Shown piece by piece: positions 8,880-19,518 of a DNA stretch of 64,000 nt (within the stretch, counting starts at the first letter, position 1; each line of letters opens with the position of its first letter). The translations under genes were made by a program, and so were the position numbers. The notes under the pieces were generated by a model. The model was not told where the DNA came from, searched no databases, and saw only the letters and a list, made by a program, of their open reading frames with translations. The DNA lies in the NCBI GenBank assembly GCA_963822965.1, contig CAWGJT010000013.1:192001-256000 (forward strand), in the 5' to 3' direction. The stretch comes from an uncultured delta proteobacterium (GTDB taxonomy: Bacteria; Myxococcota_A; UBA9160; UBA4427).

Positions 8880-9718
8880 GGATTCCTTCCCGCTCGCACT
8901 CCGGCTCGGGCCCCGGCTCGCTCACCGGGCGGGTCGTCCTCGTGACCGGCGTCTCCCGCCGCATCGGGATCGGCGCCGGACTCGTGGAGCGGCTCGTCGC
9001 CGACGGCGCCTGCGTGCTCGCTTCGGGCTGGGAAGCCTACGACGCGACGACGCCCTGGGGAGGCGACCCCGACGGCGGGGAGGCGTTCGTGCGCTCCCTC
9101 GGCGTGCCCACGACGCGCCTGCAGTACGTCGCCGCGGACCTCGAAGACCCCGAGGCGCCCGACCGCCTGGTGCGCGAGACCCTCGAACGCTTCGGGCGCA
9201 TCGACGCGGTGGTGGCCGACCACGCGCGCAGCTCCCACACCGCCTTCGCCGACGTCACCGCCGCCGAGCTCGACCGCTGCTGGGCGGTGAACGCGCGTGC
9301 CAGCCTGCTGCTCGCCCAGAGCCTGGGAGCGCGCCGTGCCCCCGGCCCCGGAGGTCGCGTGGTGCTCTTCACCAGCGGCCAGCACATCGGGCCGATGGCC
9401 GGCGAGATCGCCTACGCGGTGAGCAAGGGCGCGCTCCACCAGATGACGGCCTCCCTGGCCGACGCGCTCGCCGACGCGGGGATCACGGTCAACTGCATCA
9501 ACCCGGGACCGGTGGACACGGGCTACCTCGAGGGCGCCGCCCACGACCGCGTGGCGAGGACCTTCCCGGGCGGGCGCTGGGGGACGCCCGGGGACGTGGC
9601 CAACCTCGTCGCTTGGCTCCTCTGCGACGAGGGCGGCTGGATCACCGGGCAGGTGATCAACAGCGACGGCGGCTTCAATCTGCGGATCTTCCGCGGCCCG
9701 CCGCCGGATCGACGCTGA
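8876..9718 (+). CDS. SDR family oxidoreductase
   Basis: LVTGVSRRIGIG, YAVSKG catalytic YxxxK, NCINPGPVDTG; GTGA overlap. Confidence 0.9.
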   Translation: MRIPSRSHSGSGPGSLTGRVVLVTGVSRRIGIGAGLVERLVADGACVLASGWEAYDATTPWGGDPDGGEAFVRSLGVPTTRLQYVAADLEDPEAPDRLVRETLERFGRIDAVVADHARSSHTAFADVTAAELDRCWAVNARASLLLAQSLGARRAPGPGGRVVLFTSGQHIGPMAGEIAYAVSKGALHQMTASLADALADAGITVNCINPGPVDTGYLEGAAHDRVARTFPGGRWGTPGDVANLVAWLLCDEGGWITGQVINSDGGFNLRIFRGPPPDRR

Positions 9719-9731
9719 ACGGCCGGACGCG

Positions 9732-10100
9732 TCAGGAGGCGTCGCGTTCCGTCCCGCCTTCCCGAGGCCGCCGCCGCGGCAGGTTGATGCAGTCTGCGAG
9801 ATCCACGTAGATCTCGCCCCCTTCGACGCGCACCGCGAAGCAGGGGATCGGGAAGCCGTCCCCGTCGTCCGGACGGAAGCCCGTGCGCACGTCGAACGAC
9901 CAGCCGTGCGACCCGCACACGACGACCGGGCCCTCGAGGTGCCCCTCGCTCAGGGGATCGCCCGCGTGCGGACAGCGGTTCTCCATGGCGTGGATGCGAT
10001 CGCCCACACGGAAGAGCCCCACGTCGATGCCGCCGACACGCACGCAGAGGCCGCGGCCTTCGGGCACCTCGCTCACCCTCGCTACCCTTTCGAACGGCAT
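9732..10100 (-). CDS. Rieske [2Fe-2S] ferredoxin
   Basis: NRCPHAG...VVCGSHGWSFDVRTG. Confidence 0.9.
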   Translation of the reverse strand: MPFERVARVSEVPEGRGLCVRVGGIDVGLFRVGDRIHAMENRCPHAGDPLSEGHLEGPVVVCGSHGWSFDVRTGFRPDDGDGFPIPCFAVRVEGGEIYVDLADCINLPRRRPREGGTERDAS

Positions 10101-10150
10101 GCGCTCGGCAGCATAGGACACGTGGAAGGCGCCTCGCGTAGGCACGCCCG

Positions 10151-10261
10151 GACGCTCTCGCTGGGACAGACGTTTCGCTGGGACAGACGCTTTCGCTGGG
10201 ACAGACGCTTTCGCTGGGACAGACGCTTTCGCTGCGGCAGACGCTTTCGCTACGGCAGACG
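10151..10261. repeat. Tandem repeat, 6 x 18 bp (GACGCTTTCGCTGGGACA), one unit 17 bp
   Basis: Units start at 10151, 10169, 10186, 10204, 10222 and 10240; the last unit contains the SDR stop codon (10250-10252). Confidence 0.95.
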
Positions 10262-11083
10262 TGCCCGGGCCCGCGCCCGCTCCAGCGCCTCGGGCTCGAC
10301 CGGATCCATCCGGGCGGCGCCGGCTCGCGCGAGGCGCGGTGCGACGAGCCGCAGCCAGCGCGCCAGGCCGAGCATCGGGCTCCGGCGGGGGACCACCATC
10401 TCGTCGATCCCCTTCTCGATGACCTCGAAGATGCCGTCCACCACGATCTTCGGAGGGTGGCGACGGCCGGTGAAGCCGGAGCGCCGCTCGAACTTCTGCC
10501 AGATCTCGGTCTCGATGGGCCCCGGGTGCACCAGGGCCACGTGGATGTTCGATCCCGCCAGGTCGTTCCAGAGTCCCTCGCTGAAGCCGTTCATCGCGCA
10601 CTTCGAGGCGGCGTAGAGGGTCTCGTAGGTGGGCACGAGCTTGGTCGCGAAGGACGAGACGTTCACGATGTGGCCGCCACCACCGCGCAGCATGTGCGGC
10701 AGGACGGCGAAGGTCGTCCACAGGCACGAGAAGAAGTTGACGCGCATGACGGTCTCCGCCTCCTCGACGGACACCTCATAGATGGCCTTGTGGCAGGGCA
10801 TCGCGGCGTTGTTGACGAGCACGTCGACGCGCCCGTGGCGCGCCGCGGTCTCCTCGATCACCCCTTCGGCAAAGGCGCGCTCGCCCAGGTCCCCTGCCAG
10901 GTAGTCCGACGCCGGGGACGTCTCGCGACAGGCGGCGACCAGCGCCTGCAGCTCGGGCTCGCGCCTGGCGACCGCCATCACCCGGCAGCCGCGACGCGCG
11001 AAGGCCAGGGCGGCTTCGCGCCCGATGCCGGAGGATGCCCCCGTCACGACGACCACCCGGTCCTTCCAGTCGATTGCGGGCAT
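10250..11083 (-). CDS. SDR family oxidoreductase
   Basis: VVTGASSGIG, DVLVNNA, VNVSS, YAASK. Confidence 0.92.
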   Translation of the reverse strand: MPAIDWKDRVVVVTGASSGIGREAALAFARRGCRVMAVARREPELQALVAACRETSPASDYLAGDLGERAFAEGVIEETAARHGRVDVLVNNAAMPCHKAIYEVSVEEAETVMRVNFFSCLWTTFAVLPHMLRGGGGHIVNVSSFATKLVPTYETLYAASKCAMNGFSEGLWNDLAGSNIHVALVHPGPIETEIWQKFERRSGFTGRRHPPKIVVDGIFEVIEKGIDEMVVPRRSPMLGLARWLRLVAPRLARAGAARMDPVEPEALERARARARLP

Positions 11084-11149
11084 GCGCTGCCTCCCCGGCG
11101 TTGCGCGCCGGTCCCGACGACGGATCCGGGCCGGCTCTCGGGCTCGCGT

Positions 11150-12715
11150 TCAGGCGATGCCCATCCGCTCGTAGTGGTCTCGTGGCGCCTCGACGGCATC
11201 GAGGGCGGCCCGCAGCAGGTCGATTGCGTCCTTCTCGGCGGGGCTGCCCACCAGGTTGCGGCGCTCTCCCGGATCGTTCTCGAGATCGAAGAGATAGTGG
11301 TCCGGGCGCGCGGCGGCGGCCCAGTAGGGAAGCGGGTCGCCCGCCGCGAACGGCTGCCGGATGACCGGCACCGTCGAGCCCGGCATGCGGTCGAGCCAGG
11401 CGCGGTCGTCGGGGCGCGGGATGCGATAGGCGTGCAGCGGTCCGATCGGCATCGTCGACCAGCGGTTCGACCACATGGAGAGCGGCGCGTTCTCGCCCAC
11501 GTGAGCCCGGGCGTACTTGCGGCGTCCGTCGATCACGTGCACCTGCCGCCCCCAGATGCCAGCCAGCGCCCACTCGCGGATGGAGGTCTCCCGCCCCTCG
11601 ACCAGCGGGAGCAGGCTCCTTCCGTGGGTGCGGTGGGCGCTCTCCACGCCGAACAGGTCCGCCAGGGTCGCGTGGATGTCGACGTTGGTGGTGAGGGCGT
11701 CGATGCGCCCGGGGCCGCGTCCGGGCCAGCAGACGAAGAGCGGCGTGTGACCGAGGGTCTCGTAGAGGGGCACCCCCGGCTTTCCCCAGACGTCGAGCCC
11801 CTCGACGGTGGTCTCGCCCAGGTAGTGCCCGTGGTCGGTGCACACGACGATCATGGTGTCGTCCGCCAGACCGAGGTCGTCGATCGTATCCAGGAGCCTG
11901 CCGAACCACGCGTCGATCATGGTGAGCCCGCCGCCGTAGCTGGCGCGCACCTGCCGGCCGTCGCGCTCGCTCATCTCGCCCCGAGCGATGGCGCCCACCG
12001 CGTACGGCGGCCAGATGAGCTTCGGCCCGGGCCAGTCCGGGTCGTACATCGACGCATAGGGCTCGGGGGTGTCGAAGGGCTCGTGCGGGTCGAACTCGTC
12101 GACGAAGAGCAGGAAGCGGTCGTGCCGTCCGGCGTTCTCGCGCAGCCAGCGCGAGGCGGCCGCCATCGTCTTCGGACCGGGGAAGTCCGACTCCTCCCGG
12201 AACCAGGTGCGCGAGCGGTCGTACGGGCGCTCGAAGGGGGCCCGCCGCGCTGCGGGAATCTCCGGCGCGCCCACCGGGCTCGGATCCGAAACGGTCTTCC
12301 AGGGATCGCCCTCGTGGCCCCGCACGTACTCCCAGGCGTCGAAGTCCGTGTGGTAGTTCTCGCCCCCGGTCTCGAAGAGGTGCGGGTGGTCGGAGACGAG
12401 CATCGTGACGACGCCGCGCTGGCGCGCGTGATACGTGATCGCCTCCTCCCAGATCTCGACGGAGCCCCAGGGACGCCACAGGAAGTCGAGCGCGCCGCAC
12501 AGGATGTCGTGCCGCGCGGGCATGCACGGCAGCGAGCCGGAGAAGTGCCGCTCGAAGCGCAGGGAGCGAGCCGCGAAGCGGTCCAGGTTCGGCGTCTCGA
12601 ACTCGCCTCCCCCATAGGCGCCCAGCATGTGGCGGTTCAGGCTGTCGAGCAGGACGACGATCGCGTTCCGGGGGCGGGCGTCGTTCGGGCGCGGGTGCGC
12701 GGGGCGCTCGCTCAC
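11150..12715 (-). CDS. Formylglycine-dependent sulfatase (Cys type)
   Basis: LLDSLN, SLPCMPARHDILCG (CxPxR), FDPHEPF, CTDHG, LFDLENDPGE; GTGA overlap with the upstream gene. Confidence 0.9.
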   Translation of the reverse strand: MSERPAHPRPNDARPRNAIVVLLDSLNRHMLGAYGGGEFETPNLDRFAARSLRFERHFSGSLPCMPARHDILCGALDFLWRPWGSVEIWEEAITYHARQRGVVTMLVSDHPHLFETGGENYHTDFDAWEYVRGHEGDPWKTVSDPSPVGAPEIPAARRAPFERPYDRSRTWFREESDFPGPKTMAAASRWLRENAGRHDRFLLFVDEFDPHEPFDTPEPYASMYDPDWPGPKLIWPPYAVGAIARGEMSERDGRQVRASYGGGLTMIDAWFGRLLDTIDDLGLADDTMIVVCTDHGHYLGETTVEGLDVWGKPGVPLYETLGHTPLFVCWPGRGPGRIDALTTNVDIHATLADLFGVESAHRTHGRSLLPLVEGRETSIREWALAGIWGRQVHVIDGRRKYARAHVGENAPLSMWSNRWSTMPIGPLHAYRIPRPDDRAWLDRMPGSTVPVIRQPFAAGDPLPYWAAAARPDHYLFDLENDPGERRNLVGSPAEKDAIDLLRAALDAVEAPRDHYERMGIA

Positions 12716-14082
12716 GAAGTCTCCTTCCAGGTCGCGACGACGCCCTCGCGCGCGCAGCGATCCGCCGCGAAGGCCATTCGGTGGCTCCAGAGCGACTGCC
12801 TCGCGCTGGTGTCGGGCTCTCCGGCGCCGCCCACCGCCTCCAGGAAGCCCCGGAAGAGCTGCGGGTCGGAGCCGCCGTGGGCACCCGCGGCCAGCACGAG
12901 ATCGACGGCGCGGGTACGACCCGTCTTGTGGTCGCTCACCTCCACGAACTGCTCCACGGTGTAGAAGCCGGCGACGAGGCTTCCTCGGGTGCCGTCGATG
13001 CGGGTCTCGCGGCCCTCCCGGTGGGAGGTCGAGTGCATGGTGAAGCTCGCGTTGACGCCGTTCGCGAAGAGGACGTCCACGTTCTGGCTCGAAGGCTGGT
13101 CGTTGTCGCCCACCCGGTACACGCAGCGCCCGTAGCGGCTCTCGCGCAGGGCACGCTCGAGGCCTTCGGGCGAGGGGTCGCTCGTGACGACCGAGACCGG
13201 CCAACCCGTCCAGCCCCGGGCCCGAGGCGGCTCGGCGGGGGGCTCATTCGGGGCCGCAGGCGCTGCCGAGGCCGCGGGCCGCGTCTTCTTCGCCAGGTCG
13301 AGCAGCAGCGGGGTCAGGTCGCGATACATCGCCACGGCATCGTACGCGCAGCCCCCGGCGTGGGGACAACCCTCGATGCAGAACCCCGGTGCGCCCTCCG
13401 GCGCATTGGCGGCGCACAGCTCGGTCGGTCGCTCGTGGGAGGTGAGCCGTGCGGGCTGCGCGCCCGCCAGCCAGTAGAGGAGGTCGAGATCGTGGCACGA
13501 CTTGGCCAGGATCATGGGCGACGAGGCCCGGCGGTTGCGCCAGTGTCCACGGCAGTAGGAGTGCGCGTAGTGCCAGGTCGACACGTTCTCGGAGTGCTGG
13601 ATGGTCACGATCTTCCCGATCTCTCCGGAGTCGATCACCTGCTTGACGGCGCGGTAGAGCGGCGCGTAGCGAAGCACGTGACAGATCTGCAGCAGCCGGC
13701 CGGCGCGCTCGCTGGCCTCGACGAGGCGCTCGCAGTCCGCCTCCCGGGTCGCCATCGGCTTCTCGAGGAGCACGTGGTAGCCGCGCTCGAGGGCGAGGAG
13801 GGCGGGCTCGACGTGGTCGGCGTCCCCCGTGGCGACGAGCGCGAAGTCGGCAAGGCGGGGCCGCGCGAGCAGCTCGCGGAAGCCCGGGAAGCGGGCCTCC
13901 TCCGGCAGGCCGAAGCGCGCAGCGAAGGCGCGGCGGCGATCGGGATCGGGCTCCGCGACGGCGACGATGCTTCCGAGCCCGGGCTCCGCGAGCAGGAGCG
14001 GTACGTACGCGTTGCCTCCGCGGTCGCCGGCGCCGATCACGACGCCGCGAGGTCCACCTGCCGGATCCGAGCAAGACGCCAT
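12712..14082 (-). CDS. Gfo/Idh/MocA family oxidoreductase
   Basis: IGAGDRG, HVLLEKPMA, CHVLRY, AKSCHDLD, HGGSD. Confidence 0.92.
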   Translation of the reverse strand: MASCSDPAGGPRGVVIGAGDRGGNAYVPLLLAEPGLGSIVAVAEPDPDRRRAFAARFGLPEEARFPGFRELLARPRLADFALVATGDADHVEPALLALERGYHVLLEKPMATREADCERLVEASERAGRLLQICHVLRYAPLYRAVKQVIDSGEIGKIVTIQHSENVSTWHYAHSYCRGHWRNRRASSPMILAKSCHDLDLLYWLAGAQPARLTSHERPTELCAANAPEGAPGFCIEGCPHAGGCAYDAVAMYRDLTPLLLDLAKKTRPAASAAPAAPNEPPAEPPRARGWTGWPVSVVTSDPSPEGLERALRESRYGRCVYRVGDNDQPSSQNVDVLFANGVNASFTMHSTSHREGRETRIDGTRGSLVAGFYTVEQFVEVSDHKTGRTRAVDLVLAAGAHGGSDPQLFRGFLEAVGGAGEPDTSARQSLWSHRMAFAADRCAREGVVATWKETS

Positions 14083-14235
14083 CTCGCGATGCTAGCCCCA
14101 ATGCACCATTCAGGGGTGCTTCCTGCGCCCCGCAGACCCTGGCAGGGGGGAAGGCCTGGGATAGGCTTGCCGGCCACCCGAGCATGGCGTCCCCGGCGAG
14201 ACCGGACGCGGAAGCGAGAAGGGGAGCGGAGAAGC

Positions 14236-14991
14236 ATGCAGAGACGATTCGAGGGCAAGGCGGCGCTGGTGACGGGTGCGGGCTCGGGCATCGGACGGGC
14301 GTCGGCGCTGCGGCTCGGCGAGGAGGGCGCGCACGTGTTCGCCTGCGACATCGACCCCAGCGGTCTCGCGGACTTCGAAGCCGAGGCCAAGGGCCGGCAG
14401 GTGCGGGTGGAATCCTTCGGGCTCGACGTCGCCGACCCCGAGGCCTGCCGGGCCGCCGTCGCCCGGGCCGTGGCGACCTGCGGCCGGCTCGACGTCCTGT
14501 GCAACATCGCGGGCGTCTCGCGTCTCGACCATCTGGCGAACTTCAGCGACGAGCAGTGGAACCGCATGATCGGGATCAACCTCTCGAGCGTGTTCTATCT
14601 CAGCCAGGCCGCCATGCCCCACCTCATCGAGGCGAAGGGCAACATCGTCAACATGGCGTCGTCGGCGGGCCTCGAGGGCCAGGCGTACAACGCCATCTAC
14701 TGCGCCGCGAAGGCCGGGGTGGTGATGCTCAGCAAGTCCATGGCCGTGGAGTTCGCCGGGAAAGGCGTGCGGATCAACGCGGTCTGCCCGGGCGGCGTGA
14801 AGACCTCGCTGCTTCGGGCGACGCGCATGCCCGAGAAGGCCGATCCGGCCCTCTTCGGCCGACTGATGCCCCTGCTGCCCCTCGCGGAGGCCGAAGAGGT
14901 GGCGACCGCCGTGGCGTATCTCGCCTCCGAGGAGGCGCGCTACGTAACGGGCGTCGCGTTCGCGATCGACGGTGGGCAGACCGCGGGCTGA
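14236..14991 (+). CDS. SDR family oxidoreductase
   Basis: LVTGAGSGIG, LCNIAG, VNMASSAG, YCAAK, DGGQTAG. Confidence 0.92.
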   Translation: MQRRFEGKAALVTGAGSGIGRASALRLGEEGAHVFACDIDPSGLADFEAEAKGRQVRVESFGLDVADPEACRAAVARAVATCGRLDVLCNIAGVSRLDHLANFSDEQWNRMIGINLSSVFYLSQAAMPHLIEAKGNIVNMASSAGLEGQAYNAIYCAAKAGVVMLSKSMAVEFAGKGVRINAVCPGGVKTSLLRATRMPEKADPALFGRLMPLLPLAEAEEVATAVAYLASEEARYVTGVAFAIDGGQTAG

Positions 14992-15002
14992 GACGGCGGG
15001 GC

Positions 15003-15032
15003 TTGCCGAAGCCTTCCGCACGCGGTTAGACT
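15003..15032 (+). promoter_or_regulatory. Putative sigma70 promoter for the RNHCP leader
   Basis: TTGCCG (15003-15008), 18-bp spacer, TAGACT (15027-15032). Confidence 0.45.
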
Positions 15033-15129
15033 GCCGCCTCCAGCGCGCCGGGACGGCGCCCCACATGCACCGGAAAGGCGCACGCCATGCGCCGGACCGG
15101 CGCATCGAAGCGAGAAGCGAGGTACATCC

Positions 15130-15210
15130 ATGTCGGAGCTTCCCAAAGTGCAAGCCCGCGCCGCTCTCGATGTGGCCTCCGCCGCAGCCGTCCCGGGAGG
15201 AAGCTCCTAA
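15130..15210 (+). CDS. Putative leader peptide MSELPKVQARAALDVASAAAVPGGSS
   Basis: GAGG RBS upstream, ATG...TAA, embedded in a hairpin-rich leader. Confidence 0.35.
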   Translation: MSELPKVQARAALDVASAAAVPGGSS

Positions 15211-15446
15211 GGAGCGCGACCCAAGACGAAGTCTTGGGCCGCATTTCCGCCGCAAACGAATCCAGGGGATTCGTGGCACTCCCGACCTCGGTTCCATCCG
15301 AACCGATCGAACCGAACGGCTCCGGCGCGAGGCGTCTTCGACGTCATCCGCCGATCTCCGTCCGCCGCCGCGCCGGCGCTCCGGGGATCGACACCGCGAT
15401 CCGGTGCGGGCGCACGCCCGCAGCTCGATTCGAGAGAGATCCGTTC

Positions 15447-15872
15447 ATGTCGAGATCCCGTCGTTACGGAGACGAGAGGGTCTCGCGGCCCAAGCATCGC
15501 CGCGAGCATTCCCAGAACGACTTCCGGTGCGTTCGCTGCCGCCTGATGGTGTCGGTCGACGCGCCGGGCACCCGTCACCGCAATCACTGTCCGAGCTGCC
15601 TCTGGAGCCGCCACGTGGACGAGACCACGGGCGACCGCGGTGCGCTCTGCGGCGGCGCCATGGAGCCCATCGCGATCTGGGTGCAGCCGGGAGGCGAATG
15701 GTCGCTCGTGCACCGCTGCTCGAGCTGCGGCAGCCTCCGCTGCAACCGCATCGCGGCCGACGACAACGAGTTCGCGCTCGCCTCCCTGGCGGCCCGCCCC
15801 GTCGCCATGCCGGCCTTCCGGCTGGAGAGCCTCTCGAGGAAGCGAGGGCCGGGGAACGAGTCCGATCCGTGA
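15447..15872 (+). CDS. RNHCP domain protein
   Basis: FRCVRC...HRNHCPSCLWSRHVD..GDR...CGGAMEPI...HRCSSCG...NRIAADDN. Confidence 0.9.
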   Translation: MSRSRRYGDERVSRPKHRREHSQNDFRCVRCRLMVSVDAPGTRHRNHCPSCLWSRHVDETTGDRGALCGGAMEPIAIWVQPGGEWSLVHRCSSCGSLRCNRIAADDNEFALASLAARPVAMPAFRLESLSRKRGPGNESDP

Positions 15873-16083
15873 GGGGTCCCCGCCCTCGTCGAGAAGCTCC
15901 GCCGGCTGGGCCACGTGGAGCGATCCGGGCTCGAACGCCCTTCGCGCGACAGGCAACACAGGGCGGGAGCGGCCCGGTCGAGCCGGTGATTCGCGTCCGA
16001 TCGGCCTGAAAGGGCCTTCCAGGGCCGTTTCAGGCCTGCAATCTCTCTTGTCCTCGGCGAGTCCTCCGTGACAGGATGGTGTG

Positions 16084-17763
16084 ATGAGCGCCACCAGTGC
16101 CCCGACTCGCTCGTGGCTGGTGGGACCCGCAGCCGATCTGCTGCTGGGCTGCGGCGTCCTCTACATGGGCGTCTTTGCCGCCTTCGCGGTGGCGGGACCG
16201 GAGCTGCGCAGCCTCGCCCCGGCTTCGCTCCCCGTGTTGCTGGCGTTGATGCTCTCGGCGCCGCACTACGGCGCCACCCTGTTGCGCGTGTACGAGAATC
16301 GCGCCGACCGGGGCAAGTACCACCTCTTCGCCGTGCATGCGACCCTCGCCGTGGTCGTGGCGTTCGGGGTCGGGCTCCACTCCATCGCGGTCGCTTCGTG
16401 GCTCTTCACCATCTTCCTGGTGTGGAGCCCCTGGCACTACACCGGACAGAACTACGGCCTGGCGGTCATGTTCCTGCGCCGGCGCGGCGTGCCCGTCTCG
16501 CCCACCGCGAAGCGGCTGCTGCACGCGTCCTTCGTGCTCTCCTACGTCGTGCTGCTGCTGGTGATCTACACCGGCGGCGGCGGCGGCGACACGGCGCGCG
16601 GCTACGGCGCCTCGGGACACGAGAAGATCCGGATCCAGAGCCTCGGCGTGCCCGAGGCGGTGGGCACCTTCGGGGTTCCGCTGGCGGCCTTCGCCTACCT
16701 CGGCGTGACCGTCGCGGCCGGGAGGGCGCTGGCAAAGCGCGCCCGCGCGAGCGATCTGCTGCCCGCCGGGCTGCTGGTGGTGACCCAGGCCCTCTGGTTC
16801 TCGCTCCCCATGCTGGTGAAGTACACCGGTGTCGGTGCCGGAATCGATCCCTTCGATCCCGACCAGCGCGTATACAGCTTCACGTGGATCGCTCTGGGAC
16901 ACGCCGTGCAGTACCTCTGGGTGACGAGCTACTACGCGCGCTCCTCACCCGAATGGCGCGGCTCGGCCTACTACCTCATGAAGGCGGCGGTCGCGGGGAC
17001 CGCCCTCTGGACCCTGCCGCTGGTTCTGTTCTCGCCCAAGGGCCTGGGCGCCATGTCCGGCGACGCGGGCCTCTACCTGCTGCTCTCGTCGTGCATCAAC
17101 ATCCACCACTTCGTGCTCGACGGAGCCATCTGGAAGCTCCGGGACTCGCGCATCGCGAACGTGCTCCTGCGCGAGCCGCGAGCGGTCCCTCCGCTCCGCA
17201 TGTCCCGGCGTCCCTGGCTCCGCCAGGCGGTGTGGGGCGTGGCCGGCGTGGGCGCGTGCCTCGCCGTGCTGCAGTTCGACTCCGAGGCGCGGCTCTTCCG
17301 TGCCCGCGACGGCGCCGACCCCGCGCTCGCCAGCACCGCCCTGGACGGTCTCGCCTGGTTCGGGCGCGACAGCGCGTCGGACCGCAAGCGCATCGCGAAG
17401 ACCTATCTCGACCGGGGCGACGTCGACCACGCCGTCGCCGAGCTGCGCAGGAGCCTCGCCCTGGAGCCGGACGTCGCCGGCTGGAGCGAGCTCTCCTACC
17501 TCGAAGAACGGCGCGGCGACCTCGAGGCTTCGCTCGCGGCTCTCGAAGGCGGACTCGCCCTCGAGCCCGAGCGGCTGGGCCTGCTCCACCGTGCGGGCGA
17601 GACCTGGCTGGCCCTGGGGCGCGCGGATCTCGCCGCGCGCTACCTCGAAAGGGCCCTGGCGGTCGACCCGGGTCACGCACCCAGCCGGGCCGCGCTCGCA
17701 CGGGCCCGCCGGGTGCTCACGGCGAGCGTTCCCCTCGCTTCCCACGGAACCGATCCACCCTGA
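16084..17763 (+). CDS. Polytopic membrane protein with conserved-looking His motifs and C-terminal TPRs
   Basis: PHYGATL, PWHYTGQNYG, GHAVQY, IHHFVLDGAIW; about 3 TPR-like repeats (LRRSLALEP, LERALAVDP). Confidence 0.8.
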   Translation: MSATSAPTRSWLVGPAADLLLGCGVLYMGVFAAFAVAGPELRSLAPASLPVLLALMLSAPHYGATLLRVYENRADRGKYHLFAVHATLAVVVAFGVGLHSIAVASWLFTIFLVWSPWHYTGQNYGLAVMFLRRRGVPVSPTAKRLLHASFVLSYVVLLLVIYTGGGGGDTARGYGASGHEKIRIQSLGVPEAVGTFGVPLAAFAYLGVTVAAGRALAKRARASDLLPAGLLVVTQALWFSLPMLVKYTGVGAGIDPFDPDQRVYSFTWIALGHAVQYLWVTSYYARSSPEWRGSAYYLMKAAVAGTALWTLPLVLFSPKGLGAMSGDAGLYLLLSSCINIHHFVLDGAIWKLRDSRIANVLLREPRAVPPLRMSRRPWLRQAVWGVAGVGACLAVLQFDSEARLFRARDGADPALASTALDGLAWFGRDSASDRKRIAKTYLDRGDVDHAVAELRRSLALEPDVAGWSELSYLEERRGDLEASLAALEGGLALEPERLGLLHRAGETWLALGRADLAARYLERALAVDPGHAPSRAALARARRVLTASVPLASHGTDPP

Positions 17764-17788
17764 ATCCCATGGACTAAGCTCCGACGGC

Positions 17789-18915
<1,127 letters not shown>

Positions 18916-18919
<4 letters not shown>

Positions 18920-19515
18920 GCGCCGACCCCCGGAGCCCGGGGGAGACCGTCGCCGAGCACGCGCTCGCGCAGCACACGGAGCTGCCCGAGACGCGCCTCT
19001 CGCACCGGCTCGACGCCCTCGTCCGCCGGACGGGAGACGCGGCGTCGTGGCTCTGGCTCGTGCTGCTCGGGGTCGTCGTGCTGAACGTGCTGCTCCGCTA
19101 CGCGTTCGGCGAAGGTCGGATCGAGTTCGAGGAGATCCAGTGGCATCTCTATGCCCTGGGATTCCTGGTCGCGCTCTCCTACGCGGTGGAATCGGACGAC
19201 CACATCCGGGTGGACTTCCTGCGCGGCCGCTTCTCGCCGCGGCTGCAGGCCTGGGTGGAGCTCTACGGCATCCTCCTCCTGCTGCTGCCCTTCACGGCGC
19301 TCGTGCTCGTCTACGCCGTGCCGTTCGCCGCCACCTCCTGGGCCCAGGGCGAGATCTCGGCGGCGCCCGGTGGGCTCCCCTATCGCTTCGTCATCAAGTC
19401 CGCGATCTCGCTGGGCTTCGCGCTGCTGGCGGTCGCCGCCTTCTCCCGCCTGCTGCGGGTGTGCTCCCTGCTCTTCGGCTTTCCCGCGGCGCTCCCGCCG
19501 GACGCCGACGACTGA
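18916..19515 (+). CDS. dctQ: TRAP transporter small permease
   Basis: VLLRYAF, EEIQWHLY, HIRVDF; 4 TM segments; ATGA overlap. Confidence 0.92.
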
Positions 19516-19518
19516 CCC

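Noticed and set aside
15274..15290. TGGCAC as a sigma54 promoter in the RNHCP leader
   Set aside because: No GC at the -12 position.
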